64,000 bases of DNA from Pocillopora damicornis. Taxonomy: Eukaryota. The position numbers and the translations under genes were made by a program. Below, one piece after another: positions 37,528 through 51,073 of the stretch. The stretch covers positions 372,001 to 436,000 of the forward strand of contig NW_020847187.1 in the NCBI RefSeq assembly GCF_003704095.1, given 5' to 3'. The notes under the pieces are model-generated. The model searched no databases and was not told the origin of the DNA. It was given only the letters and a program-made list of their open reading frames with translations. The number at the start of each line of letters is the position of its first letter. Position 1 is the first letter of the stretch.

Positions 37528-40500
37528 ATGACTGAAGCCGACGAGAGCGAAAAAATTCGCCAAATAGTGGATTATTACGTGAATGATGAAGGTTCCAATG
37601 GACAAGATACCGTTTCAGGTTAGTATACGTGTGATAAAGCCACACATGCAAATAAATTTGTTTAAGGTAGAGGAACTTCAAACTCTTAAACGTACGTCAC
37701 ACGATTAAGTCTCTTTTAAGTGTAATCGTGAAGTATTCTCAGAGGTATAATTTTATCCCTAGTGGTTCTTTTTCGCCTTTCGTTTCGAGTTTGTCGCTAT
37801 TCAATGTTTTCGCTTACCTTTTGAAGTATCTATCCGGTTTGAAACCCAAAGAAGATAACTTATTTAAAGCACAGTGAATTAATAAGTCGCCGACAAATGA
37901 TGTGATCGATTAAACTTTATCACTTTAAAAACTTTCTTTTATTTATATCATGGGGTAATTGTTGGATTTACCGCTCAGAGCAGAAAGTACCTCACTTGGT
38001 TAAACTTCAAAAGTTATCGTGAGCAGTATCTTATCAACAGGTCGACTGCTAAGTGTTGAAACTTCGAATCGATTAAGATAGCAAATGGCACGTCCGAAAT
38101 TTAACCAAACCATCAATACTGTCTAACTCGATTCTGCAAGACTTCGATCCTTTTCAACATAGATTATGGTAAGAGTTGTTCAATAAACCAGGAACATAAC
38201 ACATTATGAACCTTTTCGGGTTTGCACGTTAAGTTAATTATTCATTTAAGCAGGTCCCCATAATGCATACGTAATTTTGTTGTTTGTGAACAATCCCCAT
38301 CAGGATTCGCTCCATCGGCTTAATTAAAACATCACTCCTGCATGCTATGGTTTATGTCTGAAGTGGTTTGAAAAGGTTGGAGGTCAGTAGAAATAATGGG
38401 ACTTCGGCTAAAATTTTAAGAATGATTCCATCAGGGGAATAACTTTTAGATTTCTTTGAGATATTTCAAAGATGATGCACTTCTTTGTGCTTTGTTTCGA
38501 AAGGACAAAGGACAAAAGCTTTTGAAGGGCGGCCAGATGTATAAGTGGGAATAACAGGGTAATTTAGAATTATCAACTGAGTTAATAACGTAAATTGGCC
38601 ACCGTAAAGAATTTAGAAAGCAGACGTTTCGAGCGTTAGCCTTTCGTCAATCGCTCTGTCATTAAAGCAGCCGACTGCGAGATCGAAAAGTCGAAGTTCG
38701 AATTCTTTTGGGCGTTACGTGATTTTATTGATTTGTCTCACGTTTGAAAAGGGTTAAACGCTTCTCCTTGTTTACTGACCACTCCTGGAAATCAGCGTAA
38801 AGCATAGTTCTCACTTCCATGTAGAACGATGTTCGAAAAGGTTACCAGCACTTAACAATAGATCAATGTCCTGCTGCTCAACTTGGAAGAAAATAAAAGA
38901 AATGAATTCCTCCAAGAATCAAAAATTCCTTATTATTTTGTTCCCCAGTTTGACTTCATTTGCATAGATCTGAAATGTTTTGATGAAAAATCTCGTGCTT
39001 CTTGCCCAAATTGCAAGATAATGAGAAACAGCTCTTTGGTAAAATTTCCGCTCAGCCCCATACTTCATAATGCATTCAGTTCTTGGATAGAGAAAACAAT
39101 AACAAAAACCATACATTGCCATTGGGAAAACAGATTTGTTGTAAAATAGTATGGGGCTGTGCGGAAATTTCACCTAGCTCTGTTATATTTTCCTAAGAAC
39201 ATCAATTTCTGTGATGGACCTAAAGTAAAGTAGTAATGTGGAAATAAGCCTCGTTTTTCGATGAATTGTGCGGTTTTCGTCTTGACCCGAAGGAATTAAC
39301 GAAAAGTTGTCATTGTAGAATCCTTTTTGAAGTTGTCCTGCGCGCGCTCTTCTCTAGTTTGTAACCGCGCCATATCTTTAGGTTCAAACATAAAGGTCAG
39401 TGGTCATAAGGAATACTTATAGACTGAATTTGATCAAGCCGGACGGGAAATTATGCGGCTTTTGGTCATAACTCACTCTTGGTCAGTACGTCATGACCTC
39501 GAACTAAATGTTTTTTCTTTCGGTGCTCATACTCAGTCACTCTGTAGATAATGTGGATTTTATTTTTATACTTTGGCCCTCCGCCTCTTAATAAATTTCT
39601 TCCCAAACACGGAAGTCGAAACAAAGTATTAATGTCATGTTCAGAAATGTAATTTGTTTCAGAACAAATTTTGTTGAATAGTATAAATTTAGAATAGTCG
39701 TCAAAAATCGAACCTGAACTGTTTCGAAAAAAGCAAGCCATTTTTAACTCATACAAACGAGTTTTTGTGGGGATTCTAATGTGCAAATGAGTCATTCCCT
39801 CATTCTGTTTATACTGTGGTAACTAGCCGGCGTCATGAACTCTCTCGAGCACGAAACCATTTTGGTGTTGCAACCTAGTATAAAAGGATAGAGGCTTTGT
39901 TACAGTTTATACCACACATCGTTGCTTTAAACATCACTTTCCAAATGAACAAAAATTTCTCGAGTTCAGACACAAAAAACTACTGTGAATCGCCTCGAAT
40001 GTTCATGATCTGATGTACAACAAGAACTGTGATTAAATTCGATTATCTCATGAAAATATTAGCGGCCGGACAATCAGGCGAACAGAAATAATCTTGTGCT
40101 TTGTGACAAAAGAAAACCTGTGGAATTCATTGCTGCATATCTCAAATTTCAATCAATCAAGAAAAATTGCGGTCACATGCAATTCTAAAGTATTTTTGTT
40201 CCGAGGCAGAAAACTTAAAGCTTTGTTATCAGATGCAAGAAGGAGAAAACTTGTAAACAAAGATCATTGCGTTACAATGCCAATATTTATTGAGCGACTG
40301 TGAGGCGAAACGTGACATAAAAATAGAATAGAGGAATTTGGCTGGCGCAGGCAAAGAAAGATTTGGATTGCAGCGCCTAAATTTGACGTTGCGCAAAACG
40401 GGAATTCGATAAACGCAAGATACTATGTTGTGCTGTTTTGTTGATTTTTTATGCATTTATTATTCTGCGGAGTTGAATGGTAAATATAATTGTGGAACTC

Positions 40501-43500
40501 CGTGGTTTCTTCAGAAGCTTGGCTTTTGAGATGAGAGCAACTTTGCATTCCTGTAAGGCCAATAATTACAAGATCACAGCCATGTTTCATCTCTAGACCA
40601 AGTACTTTAACTGAAGCACGAGTTGGCCAGAGGTATTCTTTGATGTAGAATTGAAGCGATTTTTCCATGTTAAAGTTTTTTCAGTATACTGAATAGTGGA
40701 GATTATTATTGGTTTGTCGGAGTTCACGAATGCTTCTTCAGCCATAGTCGTAAGTATATTTGCTTCGGAATTGTCAGTTCACCACGTACTGTAATTATCT
40801 TGTACTTGATCTCTTTTTTAAGTTCGGGCCTTCGAATTCGTAGACGAATTGTTTGTCAATGCATATCAGTATTTTGACAATTTTAGTGAAATGCAGTTCT
40901 TTTTTATGTATGTATTTGGCCAAACTAGGAAATAATAGCCCCGCGAATATGCTCGTTCCAACTTGAGAGGTTATAAGTTCCCGCCAAGATAAGTAACAAT
41001 GCCTCTTAATGTAAATTAGGAATGAATGTGAACAATCGAACTTTTGTTTTAAAAGACAAGAAGACATAGAAATGTGACATCATAAAGGGCGTGCAATTTA
41101 GCCTGTCATTTCAGAGAAAAAAAGAGGCGAAATTTTAGACTGTTAGATGTTAACATGTTTTGGTATCTAAAGACAGATGAATAAATTTTAGTACCGGTTT
41201 GTCACGGTTCACAAAAGTCCGTTAAAACGATTTTTTGTGCGAGTACATAGCATTTGTAACGGCTGAATCGTAGGGACTACCTGTATTGTTCAACTTTATT
41301 TTGTTCCTACACAATAGTTAAAATTCCCTCTGCTGACTGTTTGTTCTACACCACGCTTTGCGTAGTTTTGATAGTTTTAGCCAGCATTGTAAATGCCTGT
41401 GAAATTTAGATTTCTGAACGTCTTCGCTTCAAAAGTGCCGGAATGTAATGTTCCTGATATCAATGATCGAACGATCATCAATTAACTCAGTTCCAAATGA
41501 AAATTCCGCTCACGTTCATAATGACGAAGCCTCGGTATCTTGTATTCAACTGCAGCAGAAATTGACTGTCTTCGAGAATGGTAGCTTGAGTGATAAACTT
41601 AGTTCTTTCTGATTTGCAATTATGAAGAGGCAACCAAACAACTGTTTTATTTTGCAGGGGAGAGAGTCAAGATCAGGATTGCTATTGGATTCGCTGCCAC
41701 CTGTGCTGTGCTTTTATTAGCAATATTTATAATATTGTTGTATAAGGTGCTATGGTTCCGATCCAAGACCGGAACTAAGACCGACGTCGCCAGAAAACCG
41801 TCGTCAAATGGTGTACCAGTGCGACGTGCGCCAAGCCCTGACGACCAAGACTTTAAAAAAGGTCGCCGACAACGTCGGCATCAACCTCTGATGAGATCCG
41901 ACAGCTCTGTGTCCGAAATCGACCTCGATTCGTGGTTGCATAAAAACAACAACCGAATGTCTGCTAATGAATCAGACAGCAGCGAAGAAAGTCTTAAACT
42001 TGGAAAGTTGGAGTTTAACATAAACTACGATACTAATAAGGAATGTTTACGAGTGTTGGTGTTAGCGGCGTACGGTTTGCCGACTATTCACAGTACGAGC
42101 TACGTGGAATTGTACTTGCTACCCGACAGAGTTGAAAAGCACCAGACTAAAGTACACTACTCTAATAGCAATCCTTTTTTCAATGAAGAATTCGTGTTTG
42201 ATATCGCCTTTTCGGAACTTGCTGAGCGCACCTTACAGTGCTGTGTGTTTAGTTACGATGGATTTTCGCGACATCAATCCCTAGGGGAAGTTTTTTATTC
42301 GTTTGGCGAGAATGATCATTTGAGTGAGCACGGAGGAGTAGCATTATGCAAAGAGATCATGAGAGATGCGTCTCTGTTAAAGGTGAGATGTTCATTTTGT
42401 TAGCTCATTTTTATGGCCAGTCTTGAAGCTAATATCTAAAGCAAACAAACTGAATTGAGGCGCCTACGTACTGACAGCCCCACCCTTCTGATAATAATAG
42501 GACCAATTTTCTGTGTGGATGTTGGCTTCATTAGTCTAATTCATAATAACACCTCCATGGTAAAAACCCGGGAGCGATATGTTTTTTTTTAATCGTGTTA
42601 TCACTGAGTTGGGACGAAAAGTGTCCGAGTTGTGGTTTGTTTGTGGTTCGCACCATAATACGAGAAGAAATTTTCGAGAACTGAAGTTTCTGTAACTCCA
42701 TTAACTATGCTTTTTTCTTCGCAGTATCGAACTTTTCTTCTTTTTCATTGAAAAAAAAGTCTGTTCAAGTGTTGCTCATTCTCGTTACACTGATTTTATT
42801 CTTCTTTCCATACCAAGGAGGATAGTCCATCCCGTGCAGGGGAGGTGCTAGTGTCACTTTGTTACCTTCCCACCACCAACAGACTCACATTTGTTGTCCT
42901 AAAAGCGAGGCTTTCGAAAACTTCATTTCCAAATGATTTGCCACGTGAGTACAATTTGTATTTCAGTTGGAAAAAGATTAGTGTTTGATTTAAAAGAGTA
43001 GTCTTCTCTGCTGTTCGAGCACGCTAGAATTTGAATTGAAAACTGACTATATTTATTGAAGTGCAAGGCTGTCACAAAAATGCAATTATTCACACAGGAC
43101 AACGCACCGTGCGCGAATGCATTCATGGAGCTTAAACTCGTTTCCACAGTTTCCCTTCAGCTCGGGAGCGAGGTGGTTCAGACTCCAGTTAAGACAGAAC
43201 GCGAAGGAAACCTTGGTAAAGTTTCCGTAGAGCCCCATACAATTGTAAAACAAATCTGTTTTCCCAATGGAAACGTATTGTTTCTGTCACTGTTTTCTCT
43301 ATTCAAGAACTGAATGTATAATGTAGTATCGGGCTGTGCGGAAATTTTACCGAAACCTTTTTTCTTCGATTATAGGAAAGTCTTTGGCTATTTTAGCATA
43401 TAATTGAAAATAAAATGGTATTCTCCGTGCAAAGTTAATGGATTGTTAAAAGGTAGAGACAGTAATTTAAATTTTAATTAGTGTCTTATCAGATCTATAC

Positions 43501-46500
43501 AGGTATTAATTCTTCGCCACAGGTCTTTTGTTCGACGGAATTCATGCGTGCTTCGCTGGTTCAAACAAATTTAACGATTTCGTTCTCCGTTCGAGCTGTT
43601 TGTTAACCTGCTTGCAATTATCTTACAAAGTCAGGGAACTGCCTTTGTATGCAGAATTAAGTACTAATGGAACTCCGCTCAGCTGGAGTGTTCAATTTGT
43701 GAAGTGACTTTTTTTTTTTATTTTTTGTAACCCCTAAAGCTTTCCCCAAAGCCAATAAGCCTCTGTTTACAAGAAATTTATTCGAGTTTCAAATCATTAC
43801 CACGAATTTACACCTGCAAATTAAGTAAAGAAAAAAAAACCAGCTGTGGACTTGCAAAAGAGGCTTTGAGCTTAACTGTTTCCGTGCAAGATTCTCCATT
43901 TATACAGGTCTTCATTATGTCCTGTCTTCATCAATATACAACACCTTCAGGGAAAATAATAGCAAACAAAATCCACATCACGTAGACATCTCAAATTTTA
44001 TTTTTCTAGTCTACTGATTTCTTTATGAGCTGAATATTTGCATTAAAGAATAATTAGTCTCTTTTTATTTGGCATTTGTGGATGCTGTGGCCATAAAAGA
44101 ATCTATAATTTTACACTTCAAATAGCAGCCACTTTCAGGAACCGTTCTGAACCGTGTAGAACTTTCAGTATTATAATCTTTAAATTAATGTAATTGATCT
44201 CTTTACACCGTATTACGTATTGAAATCTCCATATCTTAAAAATAACTTCTGCGGTTTCTCCTCACTGTCGGTCATGTTAATACTTTGTTGTGTTCTATGA
44301 AAATTGAGTAATATCCGAAATAATTATTTTATTGGCCAGTCGTACTGGATTCTTTTTCCTTAAATTTCTTAAATAAGGATTTCAAAAAAGATTCTCTCTC
44401 TGCATCAAATGTTTCGCTTTTCAGCACAACATGAACTGGAACTGAAAATTGCTTTCAGTTCATTTGTTAGTTGCGGCAGTAGATTCGGTGTTCTCCGTTG
44501 GCCCTAATTTCTGTCGAACACTGTCCCTTATAAACTGCAATGCGTCTGTGCTTTGTGTCATGAATTTGTCTAACAAAGTCAAATTGCCACGACTGCCTGA
44601 TTTCGAAGGCAAATGTGACACGTTTCGCTTTCTGTAATTTTGTGAATGTGTTAAATCTGAAGTAGATTGGGTTCGCCTGCCCGTAAAAGGCGATGTTCGC
44701 TTTGCCAACCCTTCGGTGGTTTCAACTCGAATGTCCCACTGACTTGCTGCTGTTGAAGTTGGAAACCGGCTTGATCTCAAACGATTCGTTTGCTGCCTTG
44801 AGTGTTCTCCGTTAACTCTCGAGCTACTCCTCGAAAAGAGTTTAAAGTCAAGTTGTGCCACCTCCGGCAGCCGTGAATATTCCGACAACAATTGCGCATC
44901 GTCGTCATCATGTGATGGCTTTCCGTTCAAAACGCGTTCGGAGCGCAAAGCTATCAACAAGGCTTGTTTTTGAGCCTGAGACTGGCGAAGCTGTGACTTG
45001 ACCAGCTTAATCTCCGATTGTAGTTCACTTTGCCTGGTTCTCATATCGGTTACTGTGTCTTCCAACGTTTCAATGAATGCTCGGCTCTCCTCAAGACTGT
45101 CATAAGGTCCGGGCGGATCGTCGAAGCAGAAGAACTCCGCCGCCGGTTGCGAGGTAATAACTTCCTGCCTTATTAACACATTATCGATGTACTCTTGCAA
45201 ACCTTGTTTTCTCATTTCTATGAAAGAAGGGTCAAAATTATCGCCCCAATATTTTTTAGGCGGAAGGGTAGCGTGAAAATCTGTGAATAACTTTCTTAAT
45301 GCTTCGTCCATACGGACAAAATCGGAATATCTTCGGAAAACATGCCAATTTCGCTCGCCTCCAAGTTGGACAAAGATCTGATAAACTGTGAATCTTTTTC
45401 TCGCTTCCACCACTTCATAACCAACAATCGGCGCGTGAATATCAATTTCCTCGATCGGTTGGAAAGACTCAAATGTATTTCTGTTGTCCTCTGAATCGTT
45501 GGATGTTTTTTCAGCCATATGCGCTGTACAGATATTTAACACTCCATCTGTACTTTGAACCAAATACAAATTTCAAAACCTTAATATTTCGGTTTCCATC
45601 GGTATTTAAAAAACTTACTGTACTTCGTGTGTTGCGTTACCTTTGAATAAACACCTCTTTAAATTACGAAAGGAAAATAATCGGATGTGTTTTCATTCTG
45701 AATTCAGAATATTTACTCATCGACAGCCCAATTTCCAATTCAAATTAGATTTGGATGTGCTTGGATACGCCTCGCGAAACAGCAAACAATACGCACTCGT
45801 GGTAGTTGTTATGTCAAGCCGTTCATAATGTTTTCATAGTTTTCGATAGAAAACTAGAAAATTCTGAATGAATGACAAAAGCAGATTTCACAATTTCTCC
45901 GTTAGCAGAATTTTACAATATATTCTTTATTACAAGAGCAAATTGTTTTAGTGCAAAGTGTATGGATTTTATTATCAGTGTTATATTTAACTTATTGGCC
46001 AAATCCCATGCAAAAGCTCTTGGCGACATTTGCTTTTAAAGTAAAACTTTTTTTTACAATTTTTTTAGCGTAAGGGCTAAATACAGAGAAACAACAATAA
46101 AAATGGTCTCGACAATTTTAAAAAATGTTATTTGCCAAATAACGATCTGCTTCTGACGATGCCAAAAGAATAACCACTCTAAATAATTTTTAACCTTAAC
46201 ATAAATCGCCCTTTGTCAATATTTACTCAGAATTTAAATTGCTATGGACACAATATGAGCCAAAGGCCAATACAATGCATTGCAATGCGCCAAGAAGAAC
46301 AAGAAATAAAAACTTTTACAAAAATATGTAGCTGCTTAAAGACCTTGAAAGAGTTTGCTGAAGCTGCTCAAGTGATCTTTTTTAATGTTCGCTAATTCTG
46401 ACAAATTAAAATAATCAGTCGAGGAACAGATTTTTAGATGTAAACGACAACAAACCAAGCAAGTTGATTCTCGAGCGTTGTGAATGACACTTATATCAGT

Positions 46501-47473
46501 TGGAGCAAACTTGAATTGGGTCGGCCTATGATTTTCAAGTTTAATTTTCCAATGGCATTGATGAGAGAGCGTTCTCCAAAACGAAAATAATCGCCAGAAA
46601 CATCCAGTTATAACAAAGGCCAGTTTCACAAGGGCCAATGAGAACTGAAAACGCGAGTGACCAGGTCGTACTTTAGTTTTAAATGTGATTGGTTGAGAAT
46701 GTGACACGAGTATTCTAGACCAATCAGAGAGAACAATGAAGCAAAAGTCAACCAATATCAACAATTTTCGACAGTCATTTAGAAATGCTATAAAGATGTT
46801 AGATTACAGCTGCTGACTGCGCACCAAGTCTCTTGCTTAGTTAGAGAGAGAGAAAAGACTAACCGATTCTTTAATTACCGTCCTGCAATACTATGAGTCA
46901 GGTTGAGATGTTAGCACATCGTCAAGTGTCTCAAGGGAGTTATGGCATTTTCAGCTAACATTTTCAGCTAAAGATTAACATTAACTTTTTTTAACGACTA
47001 ACGGTAAAAATTTGACAATTTTAACGCCAAACGGCTAAATTCTTTTGGCTGTTTTACGTCTAACGGTTAACCCCATCGAGATTTGGCCATTTTCATATGA
47101 TGACATATGAAATATTTGTTTCCATCCTTTATCTTCTTTTTTTGCTTTAGATCCATTTGTCAAAGTTTCATTGATGTTGAGCGGTCGACAATTAAAGAAA
47201 ACAAAGACCTCTGTGGCCAAAAACACCTTAGCTCCGGTGTACAACGAGGCATTTGTATTCGACGTCCCAATCGATCGCCTGAGTGATGTTAGCTTGCTAG
47301 TGCGCATGCTCGACACTAACACAGAGGACGGGAGGCGACCGCAAACCAAAACCATTGGCAAGGCGATCGTGGGACCGGATGCACAGACAAGTATTGGCTT
47401 ACATCATTGGAACTGTATGATGACAACTCCGAGGAAACCCATCGCTCAGTGGCATCCACTGGTTAAGACTTGA
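37528..47473 (+). CDS. Synaptotagmin-like protein 2 (TM + C2A + C2B), ~421 aa; exons 37528-37618, 41658-42382, 42818-42944, 47151-47473
   Basis: TM IAIGFAATCAVLLLAIFIILLY; C2A LGKLEFNINY...NPFFNEEFVF; C2B GEVLVSLCYLPTTNRLT / PFVKVSL...KKTKT...PVYNEAFVF...PRKPIAQWHPL. GT-AG introns are in phase (1,0,1). The first exon is the least certain. Confidence 0.85.
39414..39546. mobile_element. Degenerate palindromic MITE
   Basis: atacttatagactga ... actcagtcactctgta ends, with internal inverted ggtcata/catgacc segments. Confidence 0.45.
44460..45518 (-). CDS. SNX16: Sorting nexin 16-like (PX domain + coiled coil), 352 aa, single coding exon, nested antisense in the last intron of synaptotagmin-like gene 2
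   Basis: PX motifs FTVY, WHVFRRYSDF, LPPKK, RKQGLQEY; SNX16-type DDPPGPYDSLEESRAF followed by a coiled coil. First ATG is 45518; a probable 5'UTR intron lies just upstream (to ~45640). Confidence 0.9.
   Translation of the reverse strand: MAEKTSNDSEDNRNTFESFQPIEEIDIHAPIVGYEVVEARKRFTVYQIFVQLGGERNWHVFRRYSDFVRMDEALRKLFTDFHATLPPKKYWGDNFDPSFIEMRKQGLQEYIDNVLIRQEVITSQPAAEFFCFDDPPGPYDSLEESRAFIETLEDTVTDMRTRQSELQSEIKLVKSQLRQSQAQKQALLIALRSERVLNGKPSHDDDDAQLLSEYSRLPEVAQLDFKLFSRSSSRVNGEHSRQQTNRLRSSRFPTSTAASQWDIRVETTEGLAKRTSPFTGRRTQSTSDLTHSQNYRKRNVSHLPSKSGSRGNLTLLDKFMTQSTDALQFIRDSVRQKLGPTENTESTAATNK
46929..47081. mobile_element. Short MITE with inverted ends
   Basis: tctcaagggagtta ... taaccccatcgaga; internal taacg subrepeats. 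Confidence 0.45.
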
Positions 47474-48924
47474 GATGGATGACTTTTAACGGATCGGTGA
47501 TGTAGCTCTCGAGGTCGACACTGAACGGAGGGATCCATTCTAAGATATTCCTATATCTCAATTAATTCGGTTGAATTTCGTCAGAGATATAACAACACCT
47601 ATAGCAAAGGTATTTAACCTTATCAATTTCAAGGGTCATCCGTCGTAGACATACAAGATTCTATATTTTACAGTAATGTTTTGTTCACACAGTAACGATA
47701 CGATAAAGGGTTTAAAATATAAATGAAATTAAAATTAAGTTCAGGAGAATTTTTTTTTAATCAATCCAAGTACTATTCAACTGCACTACGTAGAGAGCAA
47801 ATAACGTGCGGATCGGGTACAAGTATCACACGATATTTGAACAGTTGGTTACTTTGTACTGTTAAAAAAAAAAACTCGTTTAACTAGTCGGCTGCGCGTG
47901 CTTCGCTTCTCTGTCTGCTTTGCCTTTTCTTGACATGTAAGAATTGCATGTCGAATAAAGCAGTACCTTTTTAAATCGAGTATTTAAGTAAGAAGTTTTA
48001 TATTCATTAGACGAACACCAAGGTTTTCGTAAACTTGAAGTAGTAACTTGTTCAAAAAGTCATGGTAAAAAACAATATTGCTGAGCTTTTGCCGAGGAAG
48101 GTGAAACAGAAAGTGGATTATTAACGTAATATTTGTTTGCTTTATATGAACCGCTTCACGCTAAAAATTAACCCTTTCATTCCCAATTGTGACCAATAAG
48201 TGATTTTTCCCCTCAAAATCAAAAAGGTGACGAGATGAAAGAATGTGTTCAAACACAAAACTCTCTGAGTTAAAATTATGAGAAATCTATGGCAAAGAGT
48301 GTAGAGATTGAGATTGGTTTACGAATTACTGCAACAATTATGAGAAGTGTGACATGATTAGGAATCGGTCAAGTATGTAGTGAAGTCTACGGTTATGGTT
48401 TTATTTCACCCGTTTGGTATTTTTTTTGTATGGAAATTTTATTTTGGGTTTAAGATATTTTGATGTTCAACTTTGTATTACAAAGAAATTACATTTTTTC
48501 CTCAATAAAAATGATTTAAATAAAAGTTCATAATAATATCTTTGCTATGTTTTTACAACAAAACAAAAAGGTTGTGTAGGTCCTGTTCGCGTAACTTAAT
48601 CGAAGATTCTTCCGTTTGCGGAGAGAATCAGCTCGCTATCGACCTCCTCCCCGGCAGTTTTCTCTGAAAGCTTTATAGCTAAAATATGACTTTGTACTTG
48701 GCTCTGTGCCCATAGGTTATTTATCAGCAATTCTTTTTCGCATCCGCCTTTTCCAGGTCAAAACCATAAAATTCCTTCACGTTCTGCTTCCATTACGATG
48801 TCTTCCTGTTATTAAAGCCACTTGGTAAGATTCAGCCGTTAGGGAAACCTTGCATTCATCTTCCGGTCTTCAAATAAAATTTTCCAGACTTCTGTACTTG
48901 CAAGCCGGAAAAAGAGTTTTTGTT

Positions 48925-50930
48925 TCAGTCCAGTTGTAACGCTAACCACATAAAGTTCTGTCCCAGTATTCTTCGATTAATCTCCTGCAGAGCAGCAGGA
49001 AGCCTTGACAAAAGTTCCGGTGGTACACTGCTTTTGCCATCATTCCGCTTAGTTGCGGACTGCCCTGTTTGCAATCGAGATGTTCCCCTCTTCACTCGTC
49101 TTTTCTTATTTGTTTTCCTTGCTGCTAATGGCTTTCTTTTCACGGGAGGTTTGAATCCTGGTTGTTCTGACACTGATCCTGCCATGATATTCTGCGAAAA
49201 GACGATTAAAGTTAATTTACATTTTTGAAAAGCGTGACCTGCGGTTTAGGGAAATGGATTTGAAGTGGAGAGGTCATTCTGGCGCTCAGATGAATTTGTT
49301 CCTCGGAAGCGAACTCTTCAAGTCCACTGCACTTTTCAAATAACACAACGGCGCTCCTCCTAGCGATTGTAAAATGTTCAACAAGTTATTTACACCACGC
49401 AATTACTACTAAATCTATGTATTTACTGTACTTTGTCCTCGATTAGCATAAAAGACACAAAATACATCACCTATCGATCATCCATCTAACTCTCGTTCAT
49501 TCGTTTGGCTCACAAGACTTTAAAACCTTAAAATCTAAATCTTTCAGCTGTAAATTACCTGTGGTTGGTTTTTTCAGTCCTTTGTTTCTTGGAAACAGTT
49601 AGCGATACACAATGTAAGATGCTTATGTTCGAAAAAGCGCCAAAGTTTACTCTGTAAGCTGCAATGCTGTCTGACACCAAATGAACTCGCAACAACTTGC
49701 CTTTAACTTATTTGCCAGTTGCGAGAGATTTTATGCCCACATTGCTGGAGCAGTGTTTGGTTGTTTACTAATTCCGTGATAATATTCCTTAAAAGGAAGA
49801 AGGAAGTAGAAACGTGACCTCCTAACAGAGCTCACCTCACGTCTCCGGTGACTGTCACGTCTTCCGAGATTCGAAATTTCGAGAAAATAGATCCGGAAAA
49901 TGAACAATACTGTAGTTTACATAATTCCTCATGTCGCATATTTAGAAATAATACCTTTCTTCCAAGCTGGAGTTTTGCTTGCTCTTTGATCTCACGTTCT
50001 TCTCTCTTCCTGTTTTTGCTCTCCAGACGAGAGTAAAGTTCTGCTCGATATTCTGAACAAATTGATGGAGAGAAATAAGAATTTTCCAGATTATTAAACA
50101 AAAACGAAACCTCCCTGAGCTTTTGATTTATCCGATGGCTATTCGTAAGTCCTATCTCGCACTTTATAAGAATGTTATTCAGTTGTACCTGAAAAACGTT
50201 TGCCTCCGATAAAGCGATGCGCATCTTCTAGTACGTGGCCACACACACATGATCTTGATGTTTCTGTAATCTGAGGAATAGAGACTTGTTCGTGAGAATA
50301 GATCGAGTAGACTGCTTCGCTAAAACAGTCGTATCCCTGCATCAGATACTCGGTCGAACGTAAAATCACCATAACCGTGATCATCAATTGATTACATGCA
50401 ATAATCCTATCCTTATTCAAAATTTGACTTAAACGCATTGGTCGCTTTTAAACGGAAGTTTGAAAGAATTTCTCTGAAATTATTTGGTCTATTCCGACCT
50501 CTACAGTTAACTGGAATAACAATTCCAGAATCTTGTCGGCTTCCGCATAGTTCTTGGGAGCTTCTGACCCGGTATCATTTTAACAGGCAATATCCGTACG
50601 GAAATCAATGTTATTATTTTGCGGCTTGTACCTAGTTGGTAGTGTTACTGTTTAGTACGCACCTTGGGCAAAGAAAATATATATCGATTAAAGGATTTAA
50701 GCGAATTATAAGACTGCTTTGGAAAATTTCGTAAGCCTGACGTTAAATCTTGCGAAATTTCCAGTTTGTTTATTTAATCGACCAAAGAAATGAATTAATG
50801 TTCACATCACCGACTTCCACACTAATTCAAAAGCAACGACCGAAAATTCGATTTTGCAAAACCAGAATCACGGCGAGAATGTGACGGGACTTACCAAACT
50901 ATTACAAGCGAGGCACTGTTGAAGAACCAT
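48925..50930 (-). CDS. C16orf87-like: UPF0547/C16orf87-like zinc-ribbon protein, paralogue A (160 aa); exons 50930-50895, 50270-50189, 50052-49955, 49191-48925
   Basis: Spliced product MVLQQCLACNSL-ITETSRSCVCGHVLE...-basic linker-ALQEINRRILGQ. CxxC...SCxCG and ALxEINR match the two conserved ends of C16orf87. All introns are GT-AG and in phase (0,1,0). Confidence 0.85.
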
Positions 50931-51065
50931 AATGAATCAAGTTTTCAAGCCTTCTCCTCCGTCGCTCTTTATTCACTGCTTGGAAACGTTCAAGTCGTAA
51001 ATATTTTGGTTATCCTATTATATTTAACCTTATGCAAAGCCGCGTGAAAACTGGGTAACCATTCA

Positions 51066-51073
51066 TGACGTCA
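51066..51073. promoter_or_regulatory. CRE palindrome TGACGTCA upstream of paralogue A
   Basis: Exact match 136 bp upstream of the ATG; equivalent sites precede paralogues B and C. Confidence 0.6.
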
